Origin: an uncultured bacterium
GTDB lineage: Bacteria > Margulisbacteria > Termititenacia > Termititenacales > CAYUXF01
DNA length: 60,866 bases
NCBI GenBank assembly: GCA_964448755.1
Contig: CAYUXF010000001.1
Coordinates: 1-60,866, forward strand
Direction of reading: 5' to 3'
The notes under the pieces: model-generated
Database searches by the model: none
What the model was told of the DNA's origin: nothing
Seen by the model: the letters and a program-made list of their open reading frames with translations, nothing else
Shown here: positions 35,353 to 45,460 of the stretch, one piece after another
Numbering within the stretch: the first letter of the stretch is position 1
How the letters are laid out: every line of letters starts with the position of its first letter
Position numbers and translations under genes: made by a program

Positions 35353-35901
35353 TTAGGCTGTTTTATAGAACATCTCTTCTTGAACGGCTTTGTCTATTTC
35401 GGCCTGAGGCTTTTCCTGGTTAAACTCAAATTCATCATGCTGTTTGTTGACAATTCCAATATTCTGCGGCGTAAAAAGAAAAATATTGCCGCCGAGCTTC
35501 TGCATGTGCCCCTCAAAAGCATAAACCGTGCCGCAAACAAAATCGATCAAGCGCTTTCCGGCAGTGGCATCTAGGTATTTTAAATTAACAATTACCGGCT
35601 TGCCCTGCTTAATATAGGTTGAGAGGATCACAGAATCTTCATGAGACTTCGGCTCACAAAGGATCATTTCGGTAGAAGCGCCTGGCATAGAGCCAGCCGA
35701 CCGCAATGTTTTAATCCCTTTTTTAGGAATAGTTTGAAAATCTATTAAAGCCGCTTTTTGTGTCCGTATTTGTTGCTGTGCTTCGGTTTTTTTAGCCTGT
35801 TCTTTTAGTACATTTAAACCAGCTTCCGGATCGCTATAACCTTCATACCCTTCTTCTGTCTCAAATCCCATAAAACTGAGAACATTTTTCAACAGTCCCA
35901 T
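35353..35901 (-). CDS. sepF: cell division protein SepF
   Basis: 182 aa. The C-terminal domain VIVNLKYLDATAGKRLIDFVCGTVYAFEGHMQKLGGNIFLFTP is typical of SepF. Confidence 0.8.
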   Translation of the reverse strand: MGLLKNVLSFMGFETEEGYEGYSDPEAGLNVLKEQAKKTEAQQQIRTQKAALIDFQTIPKKGIKTLRSAGSMPGASTEMILCEPKSHEDSVILSTYIKQGKPVIVNLKYLDATAGKRLIDFVCGTVYAFEGHMQKLGGNIFLFTPQNIGIVNKQHDEFEFNQEKPQAEIDKAVQEEMFYKTA

Positions 35902-35994
35902 TTAAATCCCCCCAAATATTATTCCGAACAATTAAAGAGTTTATTACATCTCAATTAAAATGTAAAGCACTTTCTCATGAATGTTAATCTATAC

Positions 35995-37233
35995 TTAACT
36001 TTCCCAGAAAAAAGCCCGCTTTTTATTACCGGAATCTTCGTCTTTATCTTTAATTGTCTGTTCTTCTTTATTTTTCTCCGACTTTTTTTCTGACTTTTTA
36101 TCAGCTTCTTCTACACCTGGAGTATTACTGTTCACTCGCTCGTCCAAAAGCTCTGAATAGTTAACCAGCGCCTCTTTTTGTTTATTATTTAAATTTTTCG
36201 GCACGCTGATGTTCACGCTGACATAGTGATCGCCACGGCCGGAAGAACTCAAGTGCGGTAAACCTTTGCTTTTTAAGCGCAAAACCGTGCCCGGCTGAGT
36301 CGCCGCAGGTATTTTTATTTTTATCTTGCCCTCGGCAGAAGGAATACTGATCTCATCACCTAAAACCGCTTGAATGTATGAGATCGTTATGTCACTGTAA
36401 ATATCATCGCCCTGACGTTTGAAATCTCTGCTCTGTTCAACCTCTATAAAAATATAGAGATCGCCAGCTCGGCCACCTCTTAAGCCGGCGTTGCCGGCGC
36501 CAGAAACACGCAACCTAGTACCAGAGTCAACACCAGCAGGCACCTTAACCTTAACTTTAGATATCTGCCGTTCACGGCCAGTGCCATGGCAGGTTGGACA
36601 AGGACTGGAAATAACCTGACCCTCGCCGCGGCAGTTTGGACAAACGGTCACCTGCTCAAAAGCACCAAAAATAGTCTGTTGAGCCCGGCGCACTTTGCCG
36701 GTACCATGGCAAATACCGCAAGTAGAAGGTTTAGTGCCAGGTTTGGCACCAGTTCCAGAACATTTAGCGCAGCTGGCCAGCTGCGAAATTTCTATTGTAT
36801 ATTCTTTGCCTGTAACCGCTACACTAAAAGGAACTTTCAAGTCATAGCGGAGGTCTTCACCCTCTTGCGCAGAATCTGCTCTGGCGCCACTGCGGCTGCC
36901 ACGGCCTCCAGCCGAAGAGTTAAAAAACATATCAAAGATATCGCTAAAGCCGCCGCCAAAGCCCTCAAAACCTTCTGAGAAATCGCCAAACCCGCCAAAA
37001 CCACTACCGTTATCACCAATGCCCGCTTCGCCAAATTGATCGTAGCGCTGACGTTTTTGGGTATCAGAAAGAGTTTCATAAGCCTTTTGAACTTCTTTAA
37101 ATTTGTCTTCAGCACCCGCTTCTTTATTGACATCTGGGTGATATTTGCGCGCCAGGCGCCGATAAGCTTTTTTTATTTCAGCATCATCGGCACCCTTAGG
37201 CACACCAAGTATTTCATAAAAATCTTTGGACAT
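35995..37233 (-). CDS. dnaJ: molecular chaperone DnaJ
   Basis: 412 aa. J-domain HPD, G/F region and four CxxCxGxG zinc motifs. Lys/Glu-rich C-terminal tail. Confidence 0.95.
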   Translation of the reverse strand: MSKDFYEILGVPKGADDAEIKKAYRRLARKYHPDVNKEAGAEDKFKEVQKAYETLSDTQKRQRYDQFGEAGIGDNGSGFGGFGDFSEGFEGFGGGFSDIFDMFFNSSAGGRGSRSGARADSAQEGEDLRYDLKVPFSVAVTGKEYTIEISQLASCAKCSGTGAKPGTKPSTCGICHGTGKVRRAQQTIFGAFEQVTVCPNCRGEGQVISSPCPTCHGTGRERQISKVKVKVPAGVDSGTRLRVSGAGNAGLRGGRAGDLYIFIEVEQSRDFKRQGDDIYSDITISYIQAVLGDEISIPSAEGKIKIKIPAATQPGTVLRLKSKGLPHLSSSGRGDHYVSVNISVPKNLNNKQKEALVNYSELLDERVNSNTPGVEEADKKSEKKSEKNKEEQTIKDKDEDSGNKKRAFFWES

Positions 37234-37235
37234 TA

Positions 37236-39161
37236 TTATTTATTATCTTCTTCTTTTTTCTCGTCTTTTACTTCTTCGTAATCGGCATCTACTACTTTTT
37301 CATCTTTGCCGCCCGCCGACTGCGCTCCTGCACCGCCTTGTGCTTGAGCAGGATCTGCCTGCTGATTTTGATAGAGCACAGAGCTTACATCATAAATTGT
37401 TTTTTGCAAAACTTCTTTTTTATTTTTGATCTCTTCAATATTTTTGCTCTCTAGGGCTTTTTTAAGATCAGCTATTTTGGCTTCCAGCTCGGTCTTTTTA
37501 TCGGCCGGAACTTTATCTTTATTATCGGCCAGTGTTTTTTCAGCGGAGTAAATTAAAGCATCAGCTTCGTTTTTAGCTTCGATCTCCTCTTTTTTCTTTT
37601 TGTCTTCATCGGCATGCAATTCTGCGTCTTTTTTCATTTTTTCGATCTCTTCTTTGGAAAGACCAGAAGATGCGGTGATAGTTATTTTCTGCTCCCGGCC
37701 TGTCCCCTTGTCTTTGGCGGAAACATGGACAATGCCGTTGGCATCAATATCAAAAGTAACTTCTATTTGCGGAATACCGCGCGGGGCCGGCGGAATATCG
37801 GTCAGCTGAAAACGACCAAGTGTTTTATTATCGCTGGCCATTGGTCTTTCACCTTGCAGAACATGAATGTCTACCGCCGTTTGACTATCCGCAGCTGTTG
37901 AGAAAACCTGTGATTTTTTAGTTGGAATAGTTGTATTTTTTTCTATTAACGGCGTAAAGACACTGCCTAATGTTTCAATCCCTAACGTTAAAGGTGTAAC
38001 ATCGAGCAGGACAACATCTTTCACATCACCGGCTAAAACACCGCCCTGAATAGCAGCACCAACGGCAACACACTCATCAGGATTAACTGATTCATTAGGC
38101 TCTTTATTAAAAAAATCTTTGACTAGTTTTTTAACTGCCGGAATTCTGGTCGAACCGCCAACTAAGATTACTTCATGGATATCGCTAACGCTCCTGCCGG
38201 CATCTTTTAATGCCACCTCACACGGTTTTTTTAACCGATCTAAAATATTTCCGATCATCTGCTCAAATTTGGCACGCGTAATAGTTACCACCAAGTGTTT
38301 AGGACCATCCGAGCCGGCAGTAATAAATGGCAGATTGATCTCTGTCTGCGTAGCCGAAGAGAGTTCTATTTTGGCTTTTTCCGCCGCCTCTTTTAAACGC
38401 TGCAGGGCCATTTTATCTTTGCTGAGATCGATACCCTGCTCTTTTTTGAATTCTTCGATCAGCCAGTCGATCAAGAGCTGATCAACGTTATCGCCACCTA
38501 AATGAGTGTCACCATTAGTAGAAAGAACTTCAAAGACACCTTCGCCTAATTCCAGAATAGAAATATCAAACGTACCACCGCCAAAATCAAAAACAGCTAT
38601 TTTTTTATCGCCATGTTCTTTGTCTATACCATAAGCCAGCGAGGCGGCCGTGGGCTCATTGATTATTCTCATTACTTCCAGACCGGCTATCTGCCCGGCA
38701 TCTTTAGTGGCCTGGCGCTGCTGGTCATTAAAATAAGCGGGAACGGTAATGACCGCTTTAGAAACAGGTTCGCCCAAATAGGCTTCGGCATCGGCTTTAA
38801 TTTTTTGTAAGATCATGGCCGAAATTTCTGGCGGCGAATAAGTTTTATCGTCTATTTTAACAGCCGCTGCACCGTTCTTGCCGTCAACAACATGGTAAGG
38901 AACGATCTTTTCTTCACTGCTAACTTCGGCGTGAAGACGACCCATAAAGCGCTTAATAGAATAGATGGTTTTTTCCGGATTGGTAACCGCTTGTCTTTTA
39001 GCTACCTGACCAACTAACCGCTCGCCATTCTTCCCAAAAGCCACTACTGAAGGAACGGTACGACCACCTTCCGCACTGGTAATAACAGTCGGCTTGCCGC
39101 CCTCTATTACCGCCACACAAGAATTTGTTGTTCCCAAATCGATACCTATTATTTTTGACAT
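37236..39161 (-). CDS. dnaK: molecular chaperone DnaK (Hsp70)
   Basis: 641 aa. [18 protein letters not shown] and other Hsp70 signatures. Confidence 0.97.
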   Translation of the reverse strand: MSKIIGIDLGTTNSCVAVIEGGKPTVITSAEGGRTVPSVVAFGKNGERLVGQVAKRQAVTNPEKTIYSIKRFMGRLHAEVSSEEKIVPYHVVDGKNGAAAVKIDDKTYSPPEISAMILQKIKADAEAYLGEPVSKAVITVPAYFNDQQRQATKDAGQIAGLEVMRIINEPTAASLAYGIDKEHGDKKIAVFDFGGGTFDISILELGEGVFEVLSTNGDTHLGGDNVDQLLIDWLIEEFKKEQGIDLSKDKMALQRLKEAAEKAKIELSSATQTEINLPFITAGSDGPKHLVVTITRAKFEQMIGNILDRLKKPCEVALKDAGRSVSDIHEVILVGGSTRIPAVKKLVKDFFNKEPNESVNPDECVAVGAAIQGGVLAGDVKDVVLLDVTPLTLGIETLGSVFTPLIEKNTTIPTKKSQVFSTAADSQTAVDIHVLQGERPMASDNKTLGRFQLTDIPPAPRGIPQIEVTFDIDANGIVHVSAKDKGTGREQKITITASSGLSKEEIEKMKKDAELHADEDKKKKEEIEAKNEADALIYSAEKTLADNKDKVPADKKTELEAKIADLKKALESKNIEEIKNKKEVLQKTIYDVSSVLYQNQQADPAQAQGGAGAQSAGGKDEKVVDADYEEVKDEKKEEDNK

Positions 39162-39193
39162 TTTAATTCTCCTTTTTTATTTATTTTGTAAAA

Positions 39194-39781
39194 TTACTTA
39201 GCCACAATAACCATGGCATGTCGCAAAATTTTATCGTTAATTAAGAAACCGGGTTGAACCTCTTCAATAATTGTCTGCGACTCAACTCCTTCAGCCTCCT
39301 GCTGCATAATGGCCTCATGCAAATTAGGATCAAATAAAGTTCCTTTAGCAACTATTTTAGTGACACCGAGTTTCTCTAAGATATCTTCAAATTGTTTGTG
39401 AATCAGGGCCATTCCCTTTTTAAGTTCCTCTATATCCTCGGTATGTTTTTCAAAAGAAGGTTTTGCCCGTTCAAAACTATCCATTAAAGGAAGAAGATTC
39501 TTTACCGTCTCTGCCGCAGCGTATTTGGCAAACTCCTCTTTTTCCAACTGCGTTCTTTTGCGAAAATTATCAAACTCCGCGCAAAGACGCAGATACTTAT
39601 CTTCCAGCTCTTTATTTTTCTGCTGTAAAAGATCTTCTTTATTCTCCTCTTGTGTAGGAGTTTGCTTTTGCTCTTCTGCAACAGTCTCTTTTTTTATCTC
39701 CTCCGCAGCCCTGTTTTCTACAGAGTGCTCTTTTTTTTCCGATCCTGTCTTCTGGTGTTGATGTTCACTTTTTTTAGTCAA
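39194..39781 (-). CDS. grpE: nucleotide exchange factor GrpE
   Basis: 195 aa. RLCAEFDNFRKR motif. Sits between hrcA and dnaK. Confidence 0.9.
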   Translation of the reverse strand: MTKKSEHQHQKTGSEKKEHSVENRAAEEIKKETVAEEQKQTPTQEENKEDLLQQKNKELEDKYLRLCAEFDNFRKRTQLEKEEFAKYAAAETVKNLLPLMDSFERAKPSFEKHTEDIEELKKGMALIHKQFEDILEKLGVTKIVAKGTLFDPNLHEAIMQQEAEGVESQTIIEEVQPGFLINDKILRHAMVIVAK

Positions 39782-39799
39782 CTCCCTTCACCCCTTTCT

Positions 39800-40594
39800 T
39801 TATAAGTTATCAAAATAATCATCAAGCATACTGGCAATGGTCTCTATTGTTTTAGCGACCCGAGAATATTGCATTCTTTTTGGACCAAAAACACCTATGC
39901 GGCCAAGCGGTTCACCTTTATAGTGAAAACACTTTGTGACCAGAGAATACTCACTGAGATCTTCATCCTGCAGTTCTTCGCCAATAGTAATATTTATTTT
40001 ATCCGGATCGGCATATTCATCTAGGATCTTGCTGAATTTCTCTTTTTCTTCCAGGAGACCAGCAACTTTTCTGATCTTTTGCAGATCCTCAAATTCCGGC
40101 TCAAACAACAAATTATAAAGACCTGTCAAATAGACCGACTCTTTGCGGACCGCCTGATGCTCGCGTTTAATAACACCGGTAATCTCGGACAGAAAGTCGT
40201 TATCGGTTTTGACCACAGCGGCATAACGAGAAATAGAATTAACCGTCTTCACCGTGCGCTCCATGATCGAATCAAGATCGCTATTCAAAGAATCATAAAA
40301 TTGCTTGACCAGCGTTTTTTCCCGCGAAGTCATACGATACATCATCATTAAATTATCAATATAGAACCGATAACCACGGCTGGTAGGGATCCGACCGGCA
40401 GAGGTGTGCGGGTGAGTTAAAAAACCCATAGTTTCCAGTGCCAATAACTCTTTGCGGATAGTGGCCGGCGAACAATCAATGTCATGATATTTTGAAAGAA
40501 TAGCTTCCGAACCTACCGGCAAGGCCGTTTCCACATATTCCTGGACAACTATCCATAAAAGTTTTTTTTGTCTGGCAGAAACCTCACTAAACAT
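39800..40594 (-). CDS. hrcA: heat-inducible transcriptional repressor HrcA (short form)
   Basis: 264 aa. N-terminal wHTH RQKKLLWIVVQEYVETALPVGS. First gene of hrcA-grpE-dnaK-dnaJ. CIRCE lies directly upstream. Confidence 0.85.
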   Translation of the reverse strand: MFSEVSARQKKLLWIVVQEYVETALPVGSEAILSKYHDIDCSPATIRKELLALETMGFLTHPHTSAGRIPTSRGYRFYIDNLMMMYRMTSREKTLVKQFYDSLNSDLDSIMERTVKTVNSISRYAAVVKTDNDFLSEITGVIKREHQAVRKESVYLTGLYNLLFEPEFEDLQKIRKVAGLLEEKEKFSKILDEYADPDKINITIGEELQDEDLSEYSLVTKCFHYKGEPLGRIGVFGPKRMQYSRVAKTIETIASMLDDYFDNL

Positions 40595-40595
40595 G

Positions 40596-40622
40596 TTGGC
40601 ACTCTAACATGCAGAGTGCTAC
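40596..40622 (-). promoter_or_regulatory. CIRCE operator (HrcA binding site)
   Basis: TTGGCACTC-N9-GAGTGCTAC, compared with the consensus TTAGCACTC-N9-GAGTGCTAA. Starts 2 nt from the hrcA ATG. Confidence 0.8.
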
Positions 40623-40629
40623 AGGTCAA
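40601..40629 (-). promoter_or_regulatory. putative sigma-70 promoter of the hrcA operon, overlapping CIRCE
   Basis: Minus strand: TTGACC (40629-40624), 17-nt spacer, TAGAGT (40606-40601). The hrcA ATG begins 7 nt after the -10 box. Confidence 0.4.
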
Positions 40630-40651
40630 GCTGTAACAAATTTTTATTTTT

Positions 40652-41740
40652 TCAAATTAAAACCGCTGCTTTTTCCAAAAACCAGGGCAGTTCGGATTCA
40701 TCAACCACACCTATCTTTTTACGAAATACAACGTCATAAATAACCGACTGCAGCTGGCGCAAGTTGCCAGGCCAGGAGTATTTACTAAGCGCAATTAAAA
40801 AACCATCAGTACAACCCTCAATTTTAAAACCATAAGCCTCATTCATAATAGAAAAATAACTATCTACCAGCAGCGGAAGATCTTTAATTCTTTCCCGCAA
40901 AGGCGGTAGAACTATTTCGTTATTTAAAAAAATCTTCAAGAGCTCCGGCGAAAACGCTCTGGTTTCTGTCAATTTTTTTAAAGGGAGAGAAGAAAGCATT
41001 ATCAATCTAACCCGCACCAGATCATCATCAATTAGCGCTTCTAGTTTCTTCTGGCCATCAAGATCGAGCTCCGCCAGATCTTCTAATAACAAAATGCCGT
41101 TATTAATTTCATATAGATAAGAAATATCATCGAGCGCCTGAGAGATATTTTTTTTAAAACAATGGCCGGAAAAAAATCTGCTATTCTTATAGATCTCTCT
41201 GGCCACTAGTTCTTTTTCGGTCCCGGTTTCGCCGGAAATAAGCAATGGCCGCTCCTGCTCTATTGCTTTTTCTATTTTGTTGATGATCAATTCATAGTAA
41301 TTGCCGCTGCCCAAAAAATCACCGTAACGACAGCGGCTAAAAATACGCTCTTCCAGTTCATTGTTTTCAAATAATGTATATTTTTTTTCCAAAATTTTTT
41401 GCGCGGCGGATAAAAACAGCTCTTTATCTAAATCTGTCTCAACAAAAAAAGCCTGCGGCGCGCAGGAAAAAAAAGACAATAAATCTTTATTTTTTTCGAC
41501 CACAAACATGAGCGGCACAGTAATTTTATATTCCTTTATTTTCACTAAAAGCTTCTGCCATTCAGCCGGCTCTAGCTGTCCGTCAATAACAATTAACGCA
41601 AAAACTTTTTTTAAAATGATCTTGATCGCCATGTTAAAATTTTCAGACACCGCCAACTCATAAGTATCAGCCACAATATCGGCAATTTTTTTCTGAAGTT
41701 GTTTATCCGCAGAGACCAATAAAATATTGGAAAAGAGCAT
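40652..41740 (-). CDS. receiver domain plus degenerate sigma-54-activator-like AAA+ domain protein (no HTH)
   Basis: 362 aa. GETGTEKELVA (degenerate Walker A), LLLEDL (altered Walker B), PPLRERIKDLPLL and WPGNLRQL (EBP signatures). The GAFTGA region and the C-terminal Fis-type HTH are absent. Confidence 0.6.
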   Translation of the reverse strand: MLFSNILLVSADKQLQKKIADIVADTYELAVSENFNMAIKIILKKVFALIVIDGQLEPAEWQKLLVKIKEYKITVPLMFVVEKNKDLLSFFSCAPQAFFVETDLDKELFLSAAQKILEKKYTLFENNELEERIFSRCRYGDFLGSGNYYELIINKIEKAIEQERPLLISGETGTEKELVAREIYKNSRFFSGHCFKKNISQALDDISYLYEINNGILLLEDLAELDLDGQKKLEALIDDDLVRVRLIMLSSLPLKKLTETRAFSPELLKIFLNNEIVLPPLRERIKDLPLLVDSYFSIMNEAYGFKIEGCTDGFLIALSKYSWPGNLRQLQSVIYDVVFRKKIGVVDESELPWFLEKAAVLI

Positions 41741-41822
41741 GTCAGCGATTTTATCATAGATAATTAAGTTAAAATATAGTAGTATCTTATACTCTTAAAA
41801 TTCTTAAATTAAGGAAAAAGAC

Positions 41823-42392
41823 ATGAAGAAAATAACCTTAGCGGTGCTTTTAGTTTTTGTTTTTCTATCATTACAAGGTTGTGAAGCAGTTTATAAAATA
41901 CGGAATATCTTTCGCTTTGGCGAAAAAACAGAATTCAGCTACGGCGTAACCGCCTTGCAGTGGTATCCCTACATTGAAAAAAGAGCTCAGCAATGGCGAC
42001 CGGATGCTTATTTATACGGCATTGCCGAGACCAAAGTATCACTTGATGGCGTCAGTGATAAATGGGATTTTCTTTTTTACTCACCGGGCTCAGAAAAGAC
42101 GGCAATGATAATTTATGAAGCGGGCTTTATTTCCTGCAAAGAGATCGTTATGCCGCCTCTCAAACAAATTAAAAAGTTCGATATCGATAGCCCTACCGCG
42201 TTGAACATTGCCAACCGCAATAACGGCAATACCTTTATAGAAAATAATCAAAATCTTTCTATTATTATTTCACTCTCTGGTGCCGAAACAACCAGCAAGG
42301 GTAGCGATGCCAAATGGAGCATCCGCTACTATGGAGATACCGAAACTTTTTCGCTCAATATTGATGCGCAAACAGGGAAAATAGTTAACTGA
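41823..42392 (+). CDS. lipoprotein, hypothetical (PepSY-like C-terminal end)
   Basis: 189 aa. Lipobox LSLQGC. Ends with NIDAQTGKIVN. Confidence 0.55.
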   Translation: MKKITLAVLLVFVFLSLQGCEAVYKIRNIFRFGEKTEFSYGVTALQWYPYIEKRAQQWRPDAYLYGIAETKVSLDGVSDKWDFLFYSPGSEKTAMIIYEAGFISCKEIVMPPLKQIKKFDIDSPTALNIANRNNGNTFIENNQNLSIIISLSGAETTSKGSDAKWSIRYYGDTETFSLNIDAQTGKIVN

Positions 42393-42393
42393 A

Positions 42394-43422
42394 TTAATCG
42401 CGCAAATATTTTTTAATTTTATTAAAACCGCGGACAATTATTAATACTACAATCCCCATTAAAAACAACGACCAAAAGCCATTAGTCAAAGAGATCAAAA
42501 TAGCCATTAAGTTCAATAACGCTGCTGTCCAATAAAGCACAATAACCGCATCACGCTGAGAATAGCCCTTAAATAAAAGCTTATGATGAATATGTTCATT
42601 ATCGGCCCTGAAAATATGCCGCTTATTTTTGACACGGCGGACTATAGCAAATACAGTATCGCCTATTGGTAAAAGCAGCGAAAGAATTGGAATAGATAAA
42701 GAAATGACCAAGGAACTCTTTAAAACACCTAAAATAGAAGCGGTCGCCAGAATATAACCTAAAAAGAGCGAGCCAGAGTCACCCATAAAAATAGAAGCGG
42801 GATTAAAATTATATTTTAGAAAACCGACCGTCGCGCCAGCCAAAGCGATCAATAAAATCGCTGAGTAATGCTGTCCTAAAAACAAAGAAATAATAAAAAG
42901 CGACAGCGCGGAGATGACAGTAACCCCTGAGGCCAGCCCATCTAAGCCATCTATTAAATTGATCGTATTCATTAAAACCAAGATCAGCGCTACAGAAAGA
43001 AAAGAACCAATAAAACCGATATTGATAATTTTTAAAGTAAAGGGATTATAAATAAAACTTATTTTAACCCCGGCCCAAACAACCACCACTGCAATTAAGA
43101 TCTCAAAAAAAAGTTTAACTGGTGCCTTCAAGCCAATAATATCATCTATCAACCCAAGCAAAACAACTGCCAGCCCACCCAGCAATACAGTAAAGATATT
43201 ATTATCTAAAACCAGACCGTGTAGCTGGCTAATTAGGAGCAGAGCAAAAACAAAGCCACCAAAAATAGCCAGACCACCTAAACGCGGGATCAGCTTTTGG
43301 TGAATTTTCCGCACACCGGGATGGTCGACAATATTGTGCTTTAAAGCAAGTTTTCTGATGAGCGGCGTCAACATAATGGCGACAAAAAAGGATGTTAAAA
43401 ATAGATCAAGATATATCATCAT
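42394..43422 (-). CDS. GT4-family polyprenyl-phosphate N-acetylhexosamine-1-phosphate transferase (WecA/MraY paralog)
   Basis: 342 aa, polytopic. IPRLGGL, DDIIGL and NLIDGLDGLA motifs. Confidence 0.85.
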   Translation of the reverse strand: MMIYLDLFLTSFFVAIMLTPLIRKLALKHNIVDHPGVRKIHQKLIPRLGGLAIFGGFVFALLLISQLHGLVLDNNIFTVLLGGLAVVLLGLIDDIIGLKAPVKLFFEILIAVVVVWAGVKISFIYNPFTLKIINIGFIGSFLSVALILVLMNTINLIDGLDGLASGVTVISALSLFIISLFLGQHYSAILLIALAGATVGFLKYNFNPASIFMGDSGSLFLGYILATASILGVLKSSLVISLSIPILSLLLPIGDTVFAIVRRVKNKRHIFRADNEHIHHKLLFKGYSQRDAVIVLYWTAALLNLMAILISLTNGFWSLFLMGIVVLIIVRGFNKIKKYLRD

Positions 43423-44054
43423 AAATGATCTTTACCAGACATCGCCTTTTTTAACTTCAATAGCGCACCTTTATATATTCTGGTAACTTGAGATTCGGAA
43501 AGTTTTATTTTTTTACCGATATCTTTGAATGTATAGTCATGACGAAAACGGTTAAAAATGATAAACCGCTCCCGCCGATCTAGCAATTTCATAGCATCAC
43601 TCAGGACAACACCAGACTCTATTTTGCTCTCAAAATTATCCGCTTTTTCTACCGTCAGATAAAGATAAGCAGCATCGGTAACCCAATCATAAACCCGCGA
43701 AGGAGAAGCTTTAGTGATAAAGCGAATTTGGTCACGCATGGCACCATTAATGCGCGAATAAGCCAGCGGCCAGATATCGGTACTTTTGGCAGGATCCCAG
43801 GATTTAATAGTCTCAAAAAATTCTATTTGCGCAACATTGGCCAGATCATCACCATCAGTTTCCCGGACATGCTTAGGCAAGCTGCTTAAATACTTACCCA
43901 CCAGCCCATTTAATTTAGGTGAAAATTTTTTAACGATCTGCTTGGAATAATTATCGATCAAATGCTTTTTGATATGTTGATCGACATTTTTTTCTATCTG
44001 CAACCAGGCCTTTTTTGCTTTTTCTGAACCCTGTTCTGCCAAAGTATTCTCCAA
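43419..44054 (-). CDS. sigma-70 family RNA polymerase sigma factor (group 3/4-like)
   Basis: 211 aa. Region 2-like DDLANVAQIEFFETI. Region 4 HTH FKDIGKKIKLSESQVTRIYKGALLKLK. ATGA overlap with the downstream GT4 gene. Confidence 0.7.
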   Translation of the reverse strand: MENTLAEQGSEKAKKAWLQIEKNVDQHIKKHLIDNYSKQIVKKFSPKLNGLVGKYLSSLPKHVRETDGDDLANVAQIEFFETIKSWDPAKSTDIWPLAYSRINGAMRDQIRFITKASPSRVYDWVTDAAYLYLTVEKADNFESKIESGVVLSDAMKLLDRRERFIIFNRFRHDYTFKDIGKKIKLSESQVTRIYKGALLKLKKAMSGKDHL

Positions 44055-44068
44055 TAATTTACAGTTAT

Positions 44069-44335
44069 TTAACCGATTTCTTTTTCAATATTTTTCATAT
44101 AAAAATCATTCAAAACCGCCAGCTGATCTTCATCATCTAACAGTGTCATAGCATAAAAAAGATAACGTTCCTTCCACTTGTCTTTAAGATACTTGCGGTC
44201 GCGAACAGAATATTTTTTGATAGCTTTAAAAATATCCAGCATGGTCGAGGCACTGGCTGCATCGCGAGAAAAAGAGACATCACTGCCGTCACCCCAGCCG
44301 CCCCAATATTTTATGCCTACCGGATTAAAATCCAT
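44069..44335 (-). CDS. hypothetical small protein
   Basis: 88 aa. AGAGGT Shine-Dalgarno. Located between ftsW and the sigma factor. No recognisable domain. Confidence 0.45.
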   Translation of the reverse strand: MDFNPVGIKYWGGWGDGSDVSFSRDAASASTMLDIFKAIKKYSVRDRKYLKDKWKERYLFYAMTLLDDEDQLAVLNDFYMKNIEKEIG

Positions 44336-44389
44336 CCTTAACCTCTTTTTTTAAGTTTAATTATATCTTTTTTAATTTGGGTAGTCTAT

Positions 44390-45460
44390 TTATCCCAAAC
44401 CGGCTCTTTGGGGCAAACGCTGTTCATAACGTGAGATCTGCGTCAAAACACCAACAAAAAAAAGATTCATTAATAAATTAGAACCGCCATAAGAAATAAA
44501 CGGCAGCGGAATGCCGGTCGTTGGCACCATGCCGGTGACCACAAATAAATTAATGACCGCCTGGATGCCAATAGAAAAAGTCAGACCAGCTGCCAGCAGC
44601 TGACCAAAACGATCGGGAGCTTTAACAGCAATGCGCACGGCACGCATGATAAATAAGGCAAACAATACTACCGTTAAAAAACCGCCAATAAAACCGAGCT
44701 CTTCACAAAGAATAGAAAAAATAAAATCGGTATATTGCTGCGGCAAATAACTAAACTTTTGTTTACTCTGCCCCAGCCCCAACCCTAAAAACCCGCCCGA
44801 ACCAATGGCTAGCAAAGACTGGACAGTTTGAAAGCCGATCCCCATAGAATTCTTCCAGGGATCTAAAAAAGCTAAAAAACGGCGCATCTGGTAAGGCGTT
44901 CTGGTGACCAGCCAGGCAATTAGGCGAAAACCAACAAGCCCCAGAATTAAAAGCTGCCAAAAGCTGGCACCGGCAATAAAAAGAATAGCCAGCGTTGTAG
45001 TAACAATAACGACAGTAGATCCGAGAGAAGGCTGTTTTAAAACCAGCAGCGCAATAATACCCATTAAGCAAAGGATCGGGAAAACCCCTTGAAAAAAGTC
45101 TGTGATCTTTTCTTTTTTATTTTTGGCGGCAAAAGCCACAAAGACAATGACAAAAAACTTAGCAAACTCTGAAGGCTGAAAAGAGAAGAAACCTAAATTG
45201 ATCCAGCGGGCAGCGCCGCCGGAAATAATTTTAATGCCCGGCACGTAAGTCAACAGGAGTAAAAAAAAAGCCAAAGCTATGCCGGAGAGCGCCCATTGCT
45301 CATATTTGCGGTAAGGATAAACATAGCCAAAACCAAATAAACCAAAACCCAGAAACAAATGAAAAAAATGTTTTTTAATAAAATAGTAACTATCTTGATA
45401 GTTCTGCAGGCCAACAACCGAAGATGTCGAGAAGATCATCAACAAACCCAGCCCCACCAA
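44390..45460 (-). CDS. ftsW: SEDS-family cell division protein FtsW (start uncertain; frame open to 45526)
   Basis: FtsW/RodA motifs (QPSEFAK, PQQYTDFIFS, LPFISYGGSN). The called TTG start truncates the first TM helix, and the in-frame upstream codons encode ...IKIKNPDFIFLLITVI. Confidence 0.85.
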   Translation of the reverse strand: MVGLGLLMIFSTSSVVGLQNYQDSYYFIKKHFFHLFLGFGLFGFGYVYPYRKYEQWALSGIALAFFLLLLTYVPGIKIISGGAARWINLGFFSFQPSEFAKFFVIVFVAFAAKNKKEKITDFFQGVFPILCLMGIIALLVLKQPSLGSTVVIVTTTLAILFIAGASFWQLLILGLVGFRLIAWLVTRTPYQMRRFLAFLDPWKNSMGIGFQTVQSLLAIGSGGFLGLGLGQSKQKFSYLPQQYTDFIFSILCEELGFIGGFLTVVLFALFIMRAVRIAVKAPDRFGQLLAAGLTFSIGIQAVINLFVVTGMVPTTGIPLPFISYGGSNLLMNLFFVGVLTQISRYEQRLPQRAGLG

